Assembly (NCBI RefSeq): GCF_009914755.1
Contig: NC_060933.1
Origin: the human T2T-CHM13v2.0 reference genome, Homo sapiens
Strand: one strand, 5' to 3'
Length of the DNA stretch: 64,000 bases
Made by a program: the position numbers and the translations under genes. Below, piece after piece: positions 1-14,157 of this stretch. Under the pieces are notes generated by a model. The model saw only the letters and a program-made list of their open reading frames with translations. It was not told the DNA's origin and ran no database searches. The first letter of the stretch is position 1. Each line of letters opens with the position of its first letter.

Positions 1-420
1 TGCACTTTTTGTCGTCTTGCCCTCTGCCCCACTTTCACCCAAAGTTGTCTCAAAACCCACATATTTCACTTTTTGCCACTTCGATCCTATGAGTCACCAA
101 CTTCACACTCTATCAGAATCATGACATGGCCCATGAATTTTAACTCTCAAGTTCGTCTACGACTTCTCAAAACCCCTCGGCCTCACTGGCCTGTAGGTGA
201 CCTCTCGTGGTGAAAGAGGGTAACTGCACAGTGAAGAACCTTTTACATCCGAAAAATTCGATTCATATCAATTCAATCAATAGTTATAAAGTGTCCGAGG
301 AAGAAGAAAAAATAAAAGTAGGGGACCTTTAAAACAAATCGTAACTTTTTCAAAAAAGGAATACTTTGAGGTGGATAGAAACACGGAAAGAAGGCTTACA
401 TTGGGACAGAGGAGATATAA
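1..420. promoter_or_regulatory. CpG-undepleted unique segment, possibly the edge of a CpG island or promoter lying left of the window
   Basis: Hand count gives 11 CpG and 9 GpC in 1-420, against about 4 CpG in 421-1800. AP-1 motif TGAGTCA at about 90. No repeat recognised. Confidence 0.4.
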
Positions 421-559
421 TTTTCTAATTCATGTTTTTCTAACTTATTTCCCAGGATTGCTGAAAAATTGGAACTGAGTTTTCCAATCATTTAGTACAG
501 GCTTTCGATCCTAAAGATATGGCACAGAATCTGGAGTCTGGTATACATAATATGTGCAA

Positions 560-690
560 ATTTGAGGCACATCATTTAAAGTTTCTGAGACTCAGTTTCT
601 ACATCTGAAAAATGGGAATAATACCAGTTCCACTTAACTTCTATGATTGTTATGAGGTCTAAATTAGATGAGATATGTACAGTGTTTTCT
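560..690 (+). mobile_element. MIR SINE fragment
   Basis: MIR core 'tctgagactcagtttctacatctgaaaaatgggaataata...ttgttatgaggtctaaattagat'. Confidence 0.75.
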
Positions 691-1132
691 GTATTGGACC
701 TTATAATCTTTTGGTTCATGATATATTCTCATCAGTCCTCATGCAGCTTGCTTTCATTTATTTAGCTGTTTTATTATAAACTGTACTTGTAACTGTAAAG
801 TGTTGTGCACATATTAACTTAGGGATGCAGTGATAAAAATAATAAACTTGATGGAAAATTATGCAATTTCTTTCCATGATATAAACATGAGTTAGATTGA
901 GTTCTTCTTCCTCCTTTCCTTTTAAATGCTCTCTGGAATTTTTCTCATCCTCTTTCTCAAATCAATTCAGTCATCCTTTATTTTATTTTTTTACCTCTTC
1001 TGTATTCAGTTTGTTCCCATATTATTTTATAAGTGCCCTTCAATTAATTCATTAATGTAGGTTCTTATTTGAAATAATACAAAGAGAAATCATGTATTAT
1101 GGTAGAGGGTTGGAGCAAATTACCTTTAAGTC

Positions 1133-1440
1133 ACTCATTCATCCATTCATTCTGTAAATATTTAGTAAGCTTCTATTATATGGCATTGTGATAAGCACGA
1201 GGGATATAAAGTGAATAAAATGAACAAGGTCTTTGCCCTCATGGAACTTACCCTGAGGAATTTACAATAGAAATAATTAAACATATCCTGTGAGCTCTGA
1301 GAAGTGCTGTAAAGAGAATAAACAAGGGTGAAGATACAGGAGATGGGAGAGTGAGCATGTAGTTATCTGGGGAAAAGCATTCCATACAAAGTGAACAGCA
1401 AGTTCTAAAGTCCTGAGGTGGGAGCAAAGAGGAGCATCAT
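1133..1440 (-). mobile_element. L2 LINE 3' fragment
   Basis: Antisense L2 3' end 'cattcatccattcattc...aaatattt...gccctcatggaactta', followed by 'gaacagcaagttctaaagtcctgagg'. Confidence 0.75.
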
Positions 1441-1862
1441 ACAGTCCTCTACCATGTGTAAGTAATTTATTGGACATCTCATGGATGTATGTGTACAGTC
1501 TATCAATATGCATACATAGATATGTATAAACATAGATATATGTATAAATATATAAGTAAATATACATAAAATACATACATTATATGAATATCTTAAAACC
1601 TTATCAGGAGCGTGTTAAACCTTAGCTATGAGAAAAAATAGTATTGACATATCCTGCCTTCAGATAAAGTTCATTAAACATATTTTTGGGACAAGAAAAA
1701 ATCTGGAAAAGTAATTTAATGGATACTTTTTGGATGGCCTTGGTGACAGATTTCCAGGAATGAGGTCACGGCTGCTTTGTTAACACTGCTATACATTGTC
1801 ACTTGTAACAGCATATGTAGCTTCACAACTTAACATCAATATTTTAAAAAGTAAAATAATCT

Positions 1863-2151
1863 GGCTGGGCGCGGTGGCTCATGCCTGTAATCCCAGCACT
1901 TTGGGAGGCTGAGGTGGGCGGAACATGAGGTCAGGAGTTCGAGACCAGCCTGTCCAACATGGTGAAACCCTGTCTCTACTAAAGATACAAAAAATTAGCT
2001 GGGCGTGGTGGCACACGCCTGTAATCCCAGCTACTCGGGAGGCTGGGGCAAGAGAATCACTTTAACCCGGGAGGCGGAGGTTGCAGTGAGCTGAGATCAT
2101 GCCACTGCACTCCAGCCTGGGTGACAGGGTGAGACTCCGCCTCAAAAAAAA
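1863..2151 (+). mobile_element. AluSg-like full-length Alu
   Basis: Full dimer with the 2-nt deletion before 'gaggtcaggagttcgagaccagcc'. 17-bp TSD aaaaagtaaaataatct at 1846-1862 and 2152-2168. Canonical TTTT/AAAA endonuclease site. Confidence 0.95.
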
Positions 2152-3407
2152 AAAAAGTAAAATAATCTGTTTACTTTGTAAACATTAGCTTATGGAATTT
2201 CAGGACCAATCTCTTTGTTTTCTGTATTTTTTCTGCCAATATTACACGATTTTATTACAAAAGAAGTCTGGGTGAACTTTTTTATTGCTGGAACAAAAAT
2301 CCTAATTACTCTGTATCATGGAGTTTGAAGGCAAGGAGAAACAAGGCTGTTGAAAGGTTCCATGAAATCTCTATCAGTGCAAAACCTGTGTACCATGAAA
2401 TGGTAAATCTGCAACATTTCATTTTTTCTTCTAATCTTCGCTGTACAGACAGTTGCAGGCTTTCTCTTTCTCTACTTCCCTTAATTCCATAAAACTTTAA
2501 TGCCTACTCTGCAGAAGGCATGGCATCTATGGTTTGAGATGGAAAGACACACAGGAGGGGAAGAACTGACTTGTGCTGAGAGGCCAACATGAAACTGTTC
2601 AGAGTTTTAAAGACATATCACACAGTTCACTATGGACAGAAACTTGGAGGTGGCAGTTCCTGCAGAAGTGTTGGGAATATGGCTGGAAAGACTGAGAAGA
2701 AAGTATCCTGAAAGCTTTGAATATGACAATGGAAGAGGCTGTTTACAAAATTTTCAGCCATCATGAGGATTTTAAAAAGGAAAAAATGAAATGATAGCAC
2801 CAGTGTTTGCCTCCAAGATGATCTTCACAAGTTGGGTGATTATTACATTTAGGCTGAGCCTAGATATGTCCTCCACCTTGCTTGATTCATTGTGTTTTTC
2901 TGTTCAAGTATTAGAAAACACGTACCACAGAGCGAATGGAGAGTAATCAGCTAATGGCTCATTATTTATGTATAAAATGAAGATGTCCTGCACGAAAATC
3001 AATTCACATTGAGTTCAAATACACACTCACATTCATCTCTAAGTAACTTATTCCCCCACTACCCCCATGGAGGATTTTAACAAACCCAAGCTGGGAAGAT
3101 GAATTTACAACCCAATTTGTTCTTTTCTCCAAATTGAAATATCAATGCATCCAAAGAGAGATTTAAAATCAATGACACTTCTAAATTCAACACAGATACG
3201 CTGTCTAGCATTTCAAGACTAGAACTTATTGTTAAAGTGAGTACTGTTTATACTGTTTATTCTGTTTCAGAGCAAAAGCTATACTTAAAAAAGTTGAGAT
3301 CCAATTCATTCATGTACAGGAAGCTACCCTGACAGGTTTCATTGGGTTTTAAAATCAGAGTTGAGTGGTCGCTTCAATTTTACAGAAATGGAGTTTATAA
3401 AATGTAA

Positions 3408-4240
<833 letters not shown>

Positions 4241-4789
4241 ACACTGTTTTTGACAGATTTCCATGGGGGTTAAGACTGGGATAGATGGACATAGCAAATG
4301 ATCTGAGAATTCTAAGTTTAGGAGCCACAGATCTTTTCTACAGACTGTTCTACATACTTTACATCACAAGTTCCTGCCACAAATAGAATATACCTTTCTC
4401 ACACCCTATAAAGTATCTGAATCAAAATGATTAAGCATCCAATTAAATATATTTGGTTCAGCGTGGTGCTAATAAACACACAAGTGTGGACTGAATCTTA
4501 TATGGTCTTATTGGTTTTTCTGGTGAAAAGGGCTCCATTTCCAGGTCTTAGAAAACAACAGAGACCCCCTTGAGCCATCTCAGCAGGGCATGCAATTGAG
4601 CACAAAGGTGACAGAAAGTGTGTGTCACCTGGAAAAACTCATCCAGATTAGAAACTAAGCCCCTAGTATATCATGTTCAACTTGGGTGAATTGTAAAGAC
4701 ATTGAAAAAAGCAACATATTCAAATACCTACTGTTTACAGTGTCAATAAAATGCTACGGAAATATTAATGGTAATAGCATACATTGATT

Positions 4790-4970
4790 CTTCCATAGGA
4801 CACATACTATCTTTAATCCTCACAACACTACCAAGTGAGTATTGTTCTTCCCACAGTTCAGGTGAAGAAGCAGACTCAGGGGCATTAAGTAAATTAAGAG
4901 TAAATTAAGGTCATGTACTTAGTAAGTAACAGACCCAGAACTTGATCCTAGGGTGTCACATTCTAAAGCC
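4790..4970 (-). mobile_element. MIR fragment
   Basis: 'tttaatcctcacaacact...ggtgaagaagcagactcag...aaggtcatgtacttagtaagt'. Contains an 11-bp tandem duplication, agtaaattaag x2. Confidence 0.7.
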
Positions 4971-7900
4971 CACCCAATTCTCCTTACACTAAGACATCTT
5001 TATACAATTAGTAGGCACCATATATTCTATACTTGAAGAAGTTAGATATAGGTACAACTAACTCACTTGTGATCCATTAGTGGTTTTTGATGATGAGAAC
5101 TGCAAACCTCTAATATCTCCATTCCAAAATGATCAGCACCCAGAGAAACTCTAGAAGTTTCCAGCGGCACACAAGGAGCTTAAATATTATACAACAAAGA
5201 CCTATGTGCTCATAAGAACAGCTTTCCTCAGTGCCTCCATGATACACCAGTCAAAACATTTCATCAGTTCTAATTTTTTTCTACCTTAAAAATAAGATTA
5301 TTTTGAATGAGAGATTTTGCTACTGCCTCTCAAATAAGCACACACTTTAAAAATAGCAAAGAACAGCAGATATTTTTAGGGTAAAAAAAAAACACACATG
5401 GTGATGTCCTCAGATTCCAAAGATAAGTCTTTTTATGAGAGCTTTTTCTATTTATTTTGATTCAGTAGTAAGAACACCTGCAGAAAGATCAGCTCTCTTC
5501 ACAAGACCATTTCTTAAGCATTCATCGCAGACATAACAGATGATAGCATGGAGACAGACTAAGCTAAGAGAGCTGGAGCACAACTGATGATTCCTACGTC
5601 CCGCACGTGTTCTAAGAAGACGACATTCCCATAATTCAGGCATTCAAAACTAAGTGAGGCATGGCAGACAAGAGCATTGCAACATCAGAAAGTCATTTTG
5701 CTTGGAGACGGTCCAGGTTTCTTCCAAAGAGTAGTAGATTATTTAACCACAGAGATAAGTTTTAATAACATTTGTGCAATCATTTTTCAATGCATGGGAG
5801 GAAACAAGCTATAGCATTGGGCTGTTTCACCCAGATTTAAAACATTCCTTAGACTGTGTGGCGAGGGAATAGAAGGAATGGATAACCAGGCTGGTGGTGC
5901 TAGATACCACACACCCTTCACCCTCCCTTGTATTCTATTTGACTATATGAGTTTTGAAGGCTGGGGCTACATAAAATGTCATTTGTCCTTTTTATAAGCA
6001 TATTTTCTGTGTTATGTAAAATATCCATAAATATAAATTTAATGCCTGCAAGTATTATCTCATATGTTGTGCAGTAATTTGTTTAATCATTGGCAAAATT
6101 CAAAGAATGAATCATCTCAATATAGAAAAGGGTGCAGAGAACCAGCCATCTATCCTTCTATACTGGCATACTTGGTAGTATATTTGGTATTTAACAAACA
6201 TTTTGGCAAAATATAAAAAAAGTTTTATCAACTTAACAAGATTCATCAAAATATTTAATGCCTTTTTAAAATTAAAATGTCTAGAAATAAGTAACTAAAG
6301 TAGAATTTTAGCAATGAGAAAGGATACTTCATGGTTGCTTTAATTTACATCTGTTATTACTAGTGAGTGGAACAGTTTTTGAGATGCATACTAGCCATCT
6401 GATTTTCTCTTTAGGAAACTGTCATGTCCTCTGCTCATTTATCCATTGTGGCCTTAGTGTTATTCATAAGAATTATAATAAGCTAGTTATATAATGAGAA
6501 TATTATCCATTTATCTGTTAAAGTTTGTTTATGACTCAGGTGCCTGTTTTAATCTAAACCTAAAACTGATCAACCCCAAAAGAGGAAGCAGTTAAGTGGC
6601 AACAACAAAGAAAAAAAACAAAAACCAAACCACTTTCATATTTCTAGCTCAAAACAAATAGCTACTTAAACACAAAAGCATTTAGAAATTCTCCAACAAG
6701 GGACTCACATTCAGTGAATGAAGTCTTTCATAGGAACCCTTAAAGCACAGCAATGATATAAACATAATGAAGAGAAATCTGTTACTATCACATTGACATG
6801 CCTCCCCACTTTATATCAAGTGGAAAATATCGAATCAGTTCAAATATATCTGGATCTAAAACAAAATCAAGTTTCCTTTGGTCAGCAAGAACAAGCCACA
6901 GCATTTACATCTTTGTTCAGTCCACACTAAAGACTGAAGTCCTGGGGACAAGTATAAGAAGGCAGAGAGATCCTGGACACACCTAGACTGGAGGAAGTCT
7001 GTGGTCACACTTGTGCTGGACAGCCTGTCGGAGTTTACACAACTGCAGCCAAAGACAACTTCCACTGCAGTGAGAATTCTGATGCCCAGGGCCAGTTTGT
7101 GGCCCAGTGCAGTTGTACTTTATTATTCTTTGCCAAGGGACCAATAGTTAGCACTTTTAGAAAAACACGAGCCTCTGCATTATTTATTCCTTAGAGATAG
7201 GGGATGATGCCCAGTCTCAACAGTTGCTTTGGCTCTTTAATTATATTGTAAAATTAACTGTGACAGGTTGTTTTATTTCTTTTGTGTCAACCAAAAGCAC
7301 CCATGGGATACATAATTTGGTGATCAAAGCCTTAATTTAGGAAAGTTAAGAAAGATTTTAGGAAACAGACTGATATCTAATGTGCAGAGGCAGCGTGGAA
7401 AAGGAAATTAGCAAACATTCAGCTAAAATGTTCTCAAGGGCAGGGACTCATAGTAATAATGGAGTCATTTCAAGCTTGAAGGAGGTTACCTATGGGAGAC
7501 TGCCAGATCGCTTCAGGGATCGCTGCGTTTCATCAGCCTAAAAATGGAGCTGCCTCTAGAATTTCTAGGTCAGCAAAAGATAAAGAGGAGACACTAAAAT
7601 CTAACAAAATGAGAGGCTGGCATGAAACATTTATAAGGGGTTAAGAATGCTGTAGATGAACAAATTAGGAGGCTATACACCAAATCTAGAATATTGTATC
7701 CACGATCATGAATACTATTATTCATAAAACATGGACAAAGGAGGTGAGACAATTTGATATCTAAGTAAAATGCCCATAATCTTCCTGATAAAGCCTGAAC
7801 TCACCCAACTCCACAAAGAGAATCTATGGCCAAGTCTTCTCAGGGTCACATAGCTCCTTCAGCCATGACAAAGTGTAGGTGCTTATTAAATGGGTTCTAG

Positions 7901-9113
7901 TAGATAAATAAAGCCTTATCTTCATCCAGGAAGAAAATTATTTCATCCATTTTCAGTATCTTCAAAGCAAGATTTTGCACAACTTCACCTAGAGGTGAAC
8001 TCCTGGCAATGAAGAACAATGAATAACCCAAAATTCATCACAGAATCCATAAACCTAGCCTTAGGCAATAGCTTCTTCCTCCTCCTCACCCGCTCCCTCC
8101 TGCTGCCCTGTTGCCTGCCATCAGAAATGTTTATGACTCCAAGATGACTGATAACACCTTTCCCTTCTTTGAACACAGATATCAATGAGTGGTCGAAAGG
8201 TGAGAGAGTGGGCAACAAGATGGAAAGGCAGCAGCAGGCATTTGGCTTGGATGGTTTCTGATAATGCAGTCACTTTGAATGTTCAAACCAGAAGCCATAG
8301 GCTGCAGAATGGTTTCCTTTTGCTTTCGCCTTAAGAAGGTGCATTCTCTCCTGTTTGCCACAAGCCTCAGTGCTCCCGGTTGTCTTCTATTTTGCCTGGT
8401 TTACCCTTTACTGATACTCCTTTTCTGGCTGAAGATATAGATTCCATTCTTATAAATGATGTATGTATGTTGTGCTTGAAATGTATATTGTCTAACTTGT
8501 GGCAGGAATCTTTATATAGCACAAAGGTCACATTCATTAATTGTGCTGTTCAAATCTTCCACAACTTTGATCATTTCATTTTCTGAGGCATACATGTTAG
8601 AATCTCTGATTATAATTATGAATTTGTCTATTTCTCCTTGTCATTCTATTAAATTTTGCTTACTTTGAGAGTTCAAGCTCAAGACTTTAATGGCTTTCTG
8701 ATGAATTATTCCTTAAAATTATCTGTGCATTAAAGTCTATTTTGCATGGCAGTAATGTGGTTTTTATTGGCTCTCAATTTTTAAACTGTCTTCCTGATTT
8801 ATCTTTTTCTACCCCTTTGCTTTGTGTTATTTGGCTTTGAAAGTCTCTTATAAATAGCATGGAGGAATCTCCATCTTCTAACAGATGTTAAACATTAAAT
8901 CTGTTAATAAATTATACTTATATTGTGATTACTAATTTTATTGCACCCATTATTCCATTAGTAATTTCTAATTACTATGTCTTTTCTATGCTCCTGTTTT
9001 TCTTCTCTCCTGATTACTGTTAGGTTCAATAACTTCTTATTCTTGTTTTCCAATTAACTGATATGAAAGTTAGACATCATTCTGTTTCTATTGTTCTTGT
9101 GACTATCTTAAAT

Positions 9114-9136
9114 TATATATATATACACACACACAT

Positions 9137-9171
<35 letters not shown>

Positions 9172-9175
9172 CACA
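9114..9175. repeat. Compound (TA)n(CA)n(TA)n microsatellite
   Basis: Directly visible alternating purine-pyrimidine run at the tail of the adjacent L1 3' fragment. Confidence 0.95.
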
Positions 9176-9184
9176 TTATATGTA

Positions 9185-9450
9185 TAACTTTTATTTTAGG
9201 TTCAGGGGTACATGTGCAGGTTTGTTATGCAGGTAAATTCATGTCACAGGGGCTCGTTGTACAGATTATTTCGTCACCCAGATGTTATGCCTAGTACCCA
9301 ATAGTTACTCTTCCTCCTCCCATCCTCCACCCTCACAGACCCCAGTGTCTGTTGTTCCCTTCTTTGCATCCATGAGTTCTCATCATTTAGCTCCCAATTA
9401 CAAGTGGCAACATACAGTATTTGATTTTCTGTTCCTGCATTAGTTTGCAA
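9185..9450 (-). mobile_element. L1PA13-16-type 3' end fragment
   Basis: 'ttttattttaggttcaggggtacatgtgcaggtttgtta...acagattatttcgtcaccca...ttttctgttcctgcattagtttgc'. Confidence 0.88.
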
Positions 9451-9839
9451 GATTACTTTAAATTTTTACAACTGACTCAAAGTTAATATTTCTACCCTCT
9501 TTCAGAATAAAAAAAGGATCTTAGAAGGCTTTAACTCCAATTACCACCTACCACCTTCCATGATTGTTATCTAGCACCTTAATTCCATCTTGCTTTTTAA
9601 CCCCCACTCCTCAAAGTCATTATTATTGTAATTAGTCAATATTTGTTTAAATGCAACCACTAATTTACCACTTTCTTTTCTTACTGTTCATTATTAAAAC
9701 CCACTCCAATCCTCTGAGTTCTATCTCAGTCTTACAGAAATACATCTTGACCAATTCTTTAGTGAGTATTAATAAAAAGCAAATTAAAAAGTCTTTATTA
9801 CAGTCTCCATCTTTAAAAAATATATTCTTTCTGGGGGGT

Positions 9840-10140
9840 AGGTTTAAAATACATACAGTGAGGTGCATAATGTGCATGCATTTAAAGGGTTTGGCTCAAT
9901 GAATCTTGCATATGTAAGCACCCATGCAAATACCATCCAGATCAAGATGATAACATTTCCATCACACTCTCATGCCCCTTCTTTGTCATTACTCACTCCA
10001 CTATTCAGACATTTATCCCTATTAATTTAGCCTATTTTTTGAATTTTATATAAATGGAATCCTATGGTGGGTACTCTGTGTCTGGGTTCTTTCACTGAAC
10101 ATGTTTGTGAGACTATTGTTGTTATCACTTTTTTCTTTCC
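9840..10140 (-). mobile_element. L1MD/L1ME-type 3' end fragment
   Basis: 'acatacagtg...cccatgcaaataccatccagatcaagatgataacatttccatcac...gaattttatataaatggaatc'. Confidence 0.7.
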
Positions 10141-10999
10141 TATCACTGTGTATTCCATGTCATTATCATTCTTAAAATAATACTTTAACAGGGCATAGAA
10201 GTCTGGGTCGACGGTTATTTTTTCTCAGATTTTGAAGTTGTTATTCCAATGTGTTTTAGGCTTCACTGTTGTTCAGAGAATGCTGCCAGTTGAACTGCTA
10301 TTCCTTTGATAGCAATTTGACCATTTCCTCTGGTTATTTATTTTTCCCATTTTTGGTTCTATTAAAAATGTTCTATTCATCTTTAGTGTTCTAATACTTC
10401 CATAGGTTATATCACAGTGTGGGTTTGATTTTAGCAATGCTAAAAGAATTGATAGAAGTCAATGTGCTTCATCAATCCAACATACATCTTTCCATTGAGA
10501 CAATCTCCCCCAAGCATCTGCATCACTAGAGTAGTTTTGGCCCCCACACCAGTATACCAGGACATGGAAAGAGCTTGATGGGTGGAGTTTCTCAAGTCCC
10601 CTTCTTGCGAAAGGGGCAGCCCTTGAGGAGGTCAGCAATATATGGGGATTAAGTTTTAGCTCCCTGCTTGCCCAGGTTTAGTCACATCAACTGCCCCTGC
10701 ATGCGTGGACATTAACACAAGGGACTCTCCAAATCAAACAGCTGCCAAGGCCATGCCTTCAGCTTTCTTCTCTGGTTCTTTTGAACTGCCACTTCTTTTT
10801 TCATACTTTGGTGATTTCTCTTTCTTTCTTTTGATCTTTATTATGACTTTTTAAAAAGTATATTTTAACCAATTTTTCTATTTGAGGTTAAAGGAGACTC
10901 TGCATGGACTTTGTCCACCATGTTTCCAGAATCTAAATTTGTTTCACTCCTTATCTGCCAGATGCCCATGCCCACACCACACTTAGTGGCTCTTAACTA

Positions 11000-11228
11000 A
11001 GAGCAAGAGCCCTGAAGTTATGGAGACCTGGATTTGAATCACTGCTTCACTACTGGCTAGCTTTTTGAAGCTGGATAGGTTATTTAACTTCTCTGAACCT
11101 TGGTTTCTTCATCTCCAAAAAGGGGATGATCAAAATTCTTACCTCACAGCATTGTTGTAAAGATGAAATATGGGAATGCATGTAAAGTACTTGGCACAGT
11201 ACTTCATTAAGCACTTATCAATAAAATT
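11000..11228 (+). mobile_element. MIR
   Basis: 'gacctggatttgaatc...ttatttaacttctctgaaccttggtttcttcatct...cttacctcacagcattgttgtaaagatgaaata'. Confidence 0.85.
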
Positions 11229-11232
11229 CATA

Positions 11233-11471
11233 TGGGCTGAGAACCCTTATCTGAAATGCTTGAGACCAGCAGTGTTTGGGATCTTAAATTTTTTCAGATT
11301 TTGAATATTTACATTATACTTAACAGTTGAGCATCCCTAATCCAAAAATCCAAAATCTAAAATGCTCCAATGAGCACTTCCTTTGAGCATGACCTCTGAG
11401 CATCATGTCAGTCCTCAAAAAGTTTTAGATTTTGGAGCATTTCAGATTTAAAATTAGGAATGTTCAACCTG
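11233..11471. mobile_element. Tigger4a (Zombi/MER46-type) non-autonomous TcMar DNA transposon
   Basis: TA-flanked element ending in 'tcaacctg'. Internal 'gagcatccctaatccaaaaatccaaaatctaaaatgctccaatgagc' with its inverted counterpart 'ttttggagcatttcagattt'. Confidence 0.85.
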
Positions 11472-12219
11472 TATTATTAAACATTGCACAACAACTTTAT
11501 TCAAGTTATTAATTCATCTACCTAGGGATCAGATTTATGTACAAGTTGGTGCCACACAGACACAGAAAAATATGTTTCATGAGAAGGAAGTAAACTGAAT
11601 AATAACTAAATATGACAATAGAGATTCTACACATGTGGAATATATAATGTTGCTCTTTACAAATACCACTTTACAAAAATCCCATATTCTCATAATTTTC
11701 CAGGGTTTGGTGAAAATCCTTGAAAGTCAGAAAGAAAATATTAAAGCAAGAGAAGTGCCAGTGAATAATGAGATAAAGGCTTGCCCCAGAACGTAAATCA
11801 ATGCATGTGCTTCTTTCATCCAGAAACTTGCTGTAATAAAAAGATGAACTAAATAGTGTGTTCAGCAATGTAGTTGGTTTATATGATGGTGCAAGCATTT
11901 TAATTCACTGTAGATCAGGAAAAAACAGCTTACTGACTGGGTGGAGGAACACACTTTGAGTGATACTGCTTTAGGGACATTTTAGCACTATCCTAAAAGT
12001 GATACCATTGTTATGTAGGAAGGAAGGTAGCTTGGATGCTGGGGGCCTGAGTTAAACAATAACATCAAGTGGAGAACAAAATAAATCATGCTACATAACC
12101 AAAGAAAGTTCATTACAAACCAATCAACATCTGTTAGAGTTCAGAAGTACACTGGAGTCCTGACTGTAGTTGATTTGGGGTATAGATGGATCTGCCAAAC
12201 CTACTCCTTATCTACAGGA

Positions 12220-12515
12220 TTTTTTTTTTTTTTTCTGAAACAGAGACTCACTGTGTTGCCCAGGCTGGACTGCAGTGGTGCCATCTCGACTCACTGCAAC
12301 TTCCGCCTTACAGGTTCAAGCAATTCTCCCTGCCTCAGCCTCTCAAGTAGCTGGGATTACAGGTGCACTGTGCCTGGCTAATTTTTGTATTTTTCAGTAG
12401 AGACAGGGTTTCGTCACGTTGGCCAGGCTGGTCTTGAACTCCTGACCTCAGGTGATCCGCCCATCTCGGTTTCTCAAAGTACTGGGATTACAGGCATGAG
12501 CCACTGCGCCCTGCT
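12220..12515 (-). mobile_element. AluSx-like Alu
   Basis: PolyT and 'ctcctgacctcaggtgatccgccc'. Degenerate TSD tctacaggatt / tctaggggatt. Confidence 0.93.
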
Positions 12516-12727
12516 GTCTAGGGGATTTTTTAAGGTGACTGTAATTACCATCATCATAATCATTTCTACTATTTGATTGCTAGCAGTTTTTTTTGATGGG
12601 GGGAAGGTGATACATTTTAATTCATTTTTTCATTATTTTTCCAAAGAAGCAGCAGTTGGACTGACTTGGTGTACTCTCAAAGTAGGCCTAATAATATTTT
12701 CCATGTACATTCAAAGTGAATTAGCTT

Positions 12728-12843
12728 AATTATCCTGATTTTATCATTATACAACGTATACGTGTAAAGCATTACACAGTATCCCACAAACATGTATGAC
12801 TATTATGTGTCAGTTATAATCAACAACAATAACAAAAGATACA
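12728..12843 (+). mobile_element. Short 5'-truncated L1MA 3' end
   Basis: 'tatcctgattttatcattatacaac...cattacacagtatcccacaaacatgtatgactattatgtgtca' plus A-rich tail. TSD-like aaagtgaattagctt / aaagggattagctt. Confidence 0.7.
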
Positions 12844-12950
12844 AAAGGGATTAGCTTGCTACAGTAAGGCCAAATCAAACATCAGATTTAATTCACAAGA
12901 GAATTATACCTTATAGTATAAATATTACTAGTACCTTCATATATCCTAGA

Positions 12951-13276
<326 letters not shown>

Positions 13277-14100
13277 TAATCAATATTTTTAAAGGTTAAT
13301 TTAAGGATTAAAAAAAAGAAGAAGAAACCAACAATACATTATGTATGGTTAGCCTGCTGGAAAGAGAAGAAAGATCTGCCCAAATAGAAAATTTTAACTC
13401 TGGGCTTAACAATACAATACAATGCTCTTTTAAAATATTGATTTAAAAATAAGGAAGTTAAAAACAATTTGACAAAACAGTATTGGTAGACCTGAAAACT
13501 ACAGAAAATAATTATTTCAACATTCACTATCACTATCAACTCCAAAGCTATGGTTTACAAAATTTAGCTTGCTTCTTTGGAAATGACTGTTTTTCTAAAT
13601 CTTGAACAGAATCTAGTCATCTCAAGATGCTTAAAAGCCTTCAGCTAAGATTTGCTCTGGGCTTCTGCAGCCCATTGGCTGGGGTAAACTCGATCCCTTC
13701 CACACACGAGTCTCAAGTCTGTCTTATCCCACAAATGTAAAGTGACTTAAATTTGGCAAAGTACTTAAAATCTGAATCATATATTTTCACTTTTTTGGCT
13801 ATACCATTATTAATAAACTTAAGAAAAAGAATATCCCTAACCAACTTGTCACTTTAAAAATAACTTGCTTTCCCCATCCCTGCAAAATGGACTTTGAAAT
13901 TAAAAAGATTTTTCTACTAAATTTCTCTACTTTTACCAGCAACAGAGATATCTTCAAAACTTCTCTTCCGAAATGACTACAAATAAAAAGCTGTCCCAGT
14001 ATGAGCACAACTTTCATCAAGATCCAATTTAAGGTTTACTTTCTAGTCTCTGAAATATAAACCTTCCTTTGAATTCAAAAGCATAAAAGATGCCTATGGG

Positions 14101-14157
14101 TTAATACACGGGTTGCATGGCTACCAAATCACGGTGGCCATACAACCCATATATTAA
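14101..14157. other. Inverted repeat (hairpin) with 25-bp arms and a 7-nt loop
   Basis: Left arm ttaatacacgggttgcatggctacc against the reverse complement of the right arm, ttaatatatgggttgtatggccacc: 21/25 identical, ungapped, all 4 differences C/T. Confidence 0.9.

Larger units (their letters stand above)
8440..10930 (-). mobile_element. Degenerate old L1 (L1M/HAL1-type) region interrupted by younger insertions
   Basis: T-rich antisense L1 phrases such as 'gaatttgtctatttctccttg', 'gtctcttataaatagcat' and 'gttattttttctcagattttgaagttgttattccaatg'. Confidence 0.55.

Noticed and set aside
1-420. Foreign or mitochondrial insertion as the explanation for CpG richness
   Set aside because: I recognised no mitochondrial, viral or coding sequence in the frames I read. 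A promoter shore is simpler, and BLAST would settle it.
5585-5660. TGATGA box-C-like motif with CpGs (possible C/D snoRNA)
   Set aside because: No box D (CTGA) at a suitable distance and no terminal stem.
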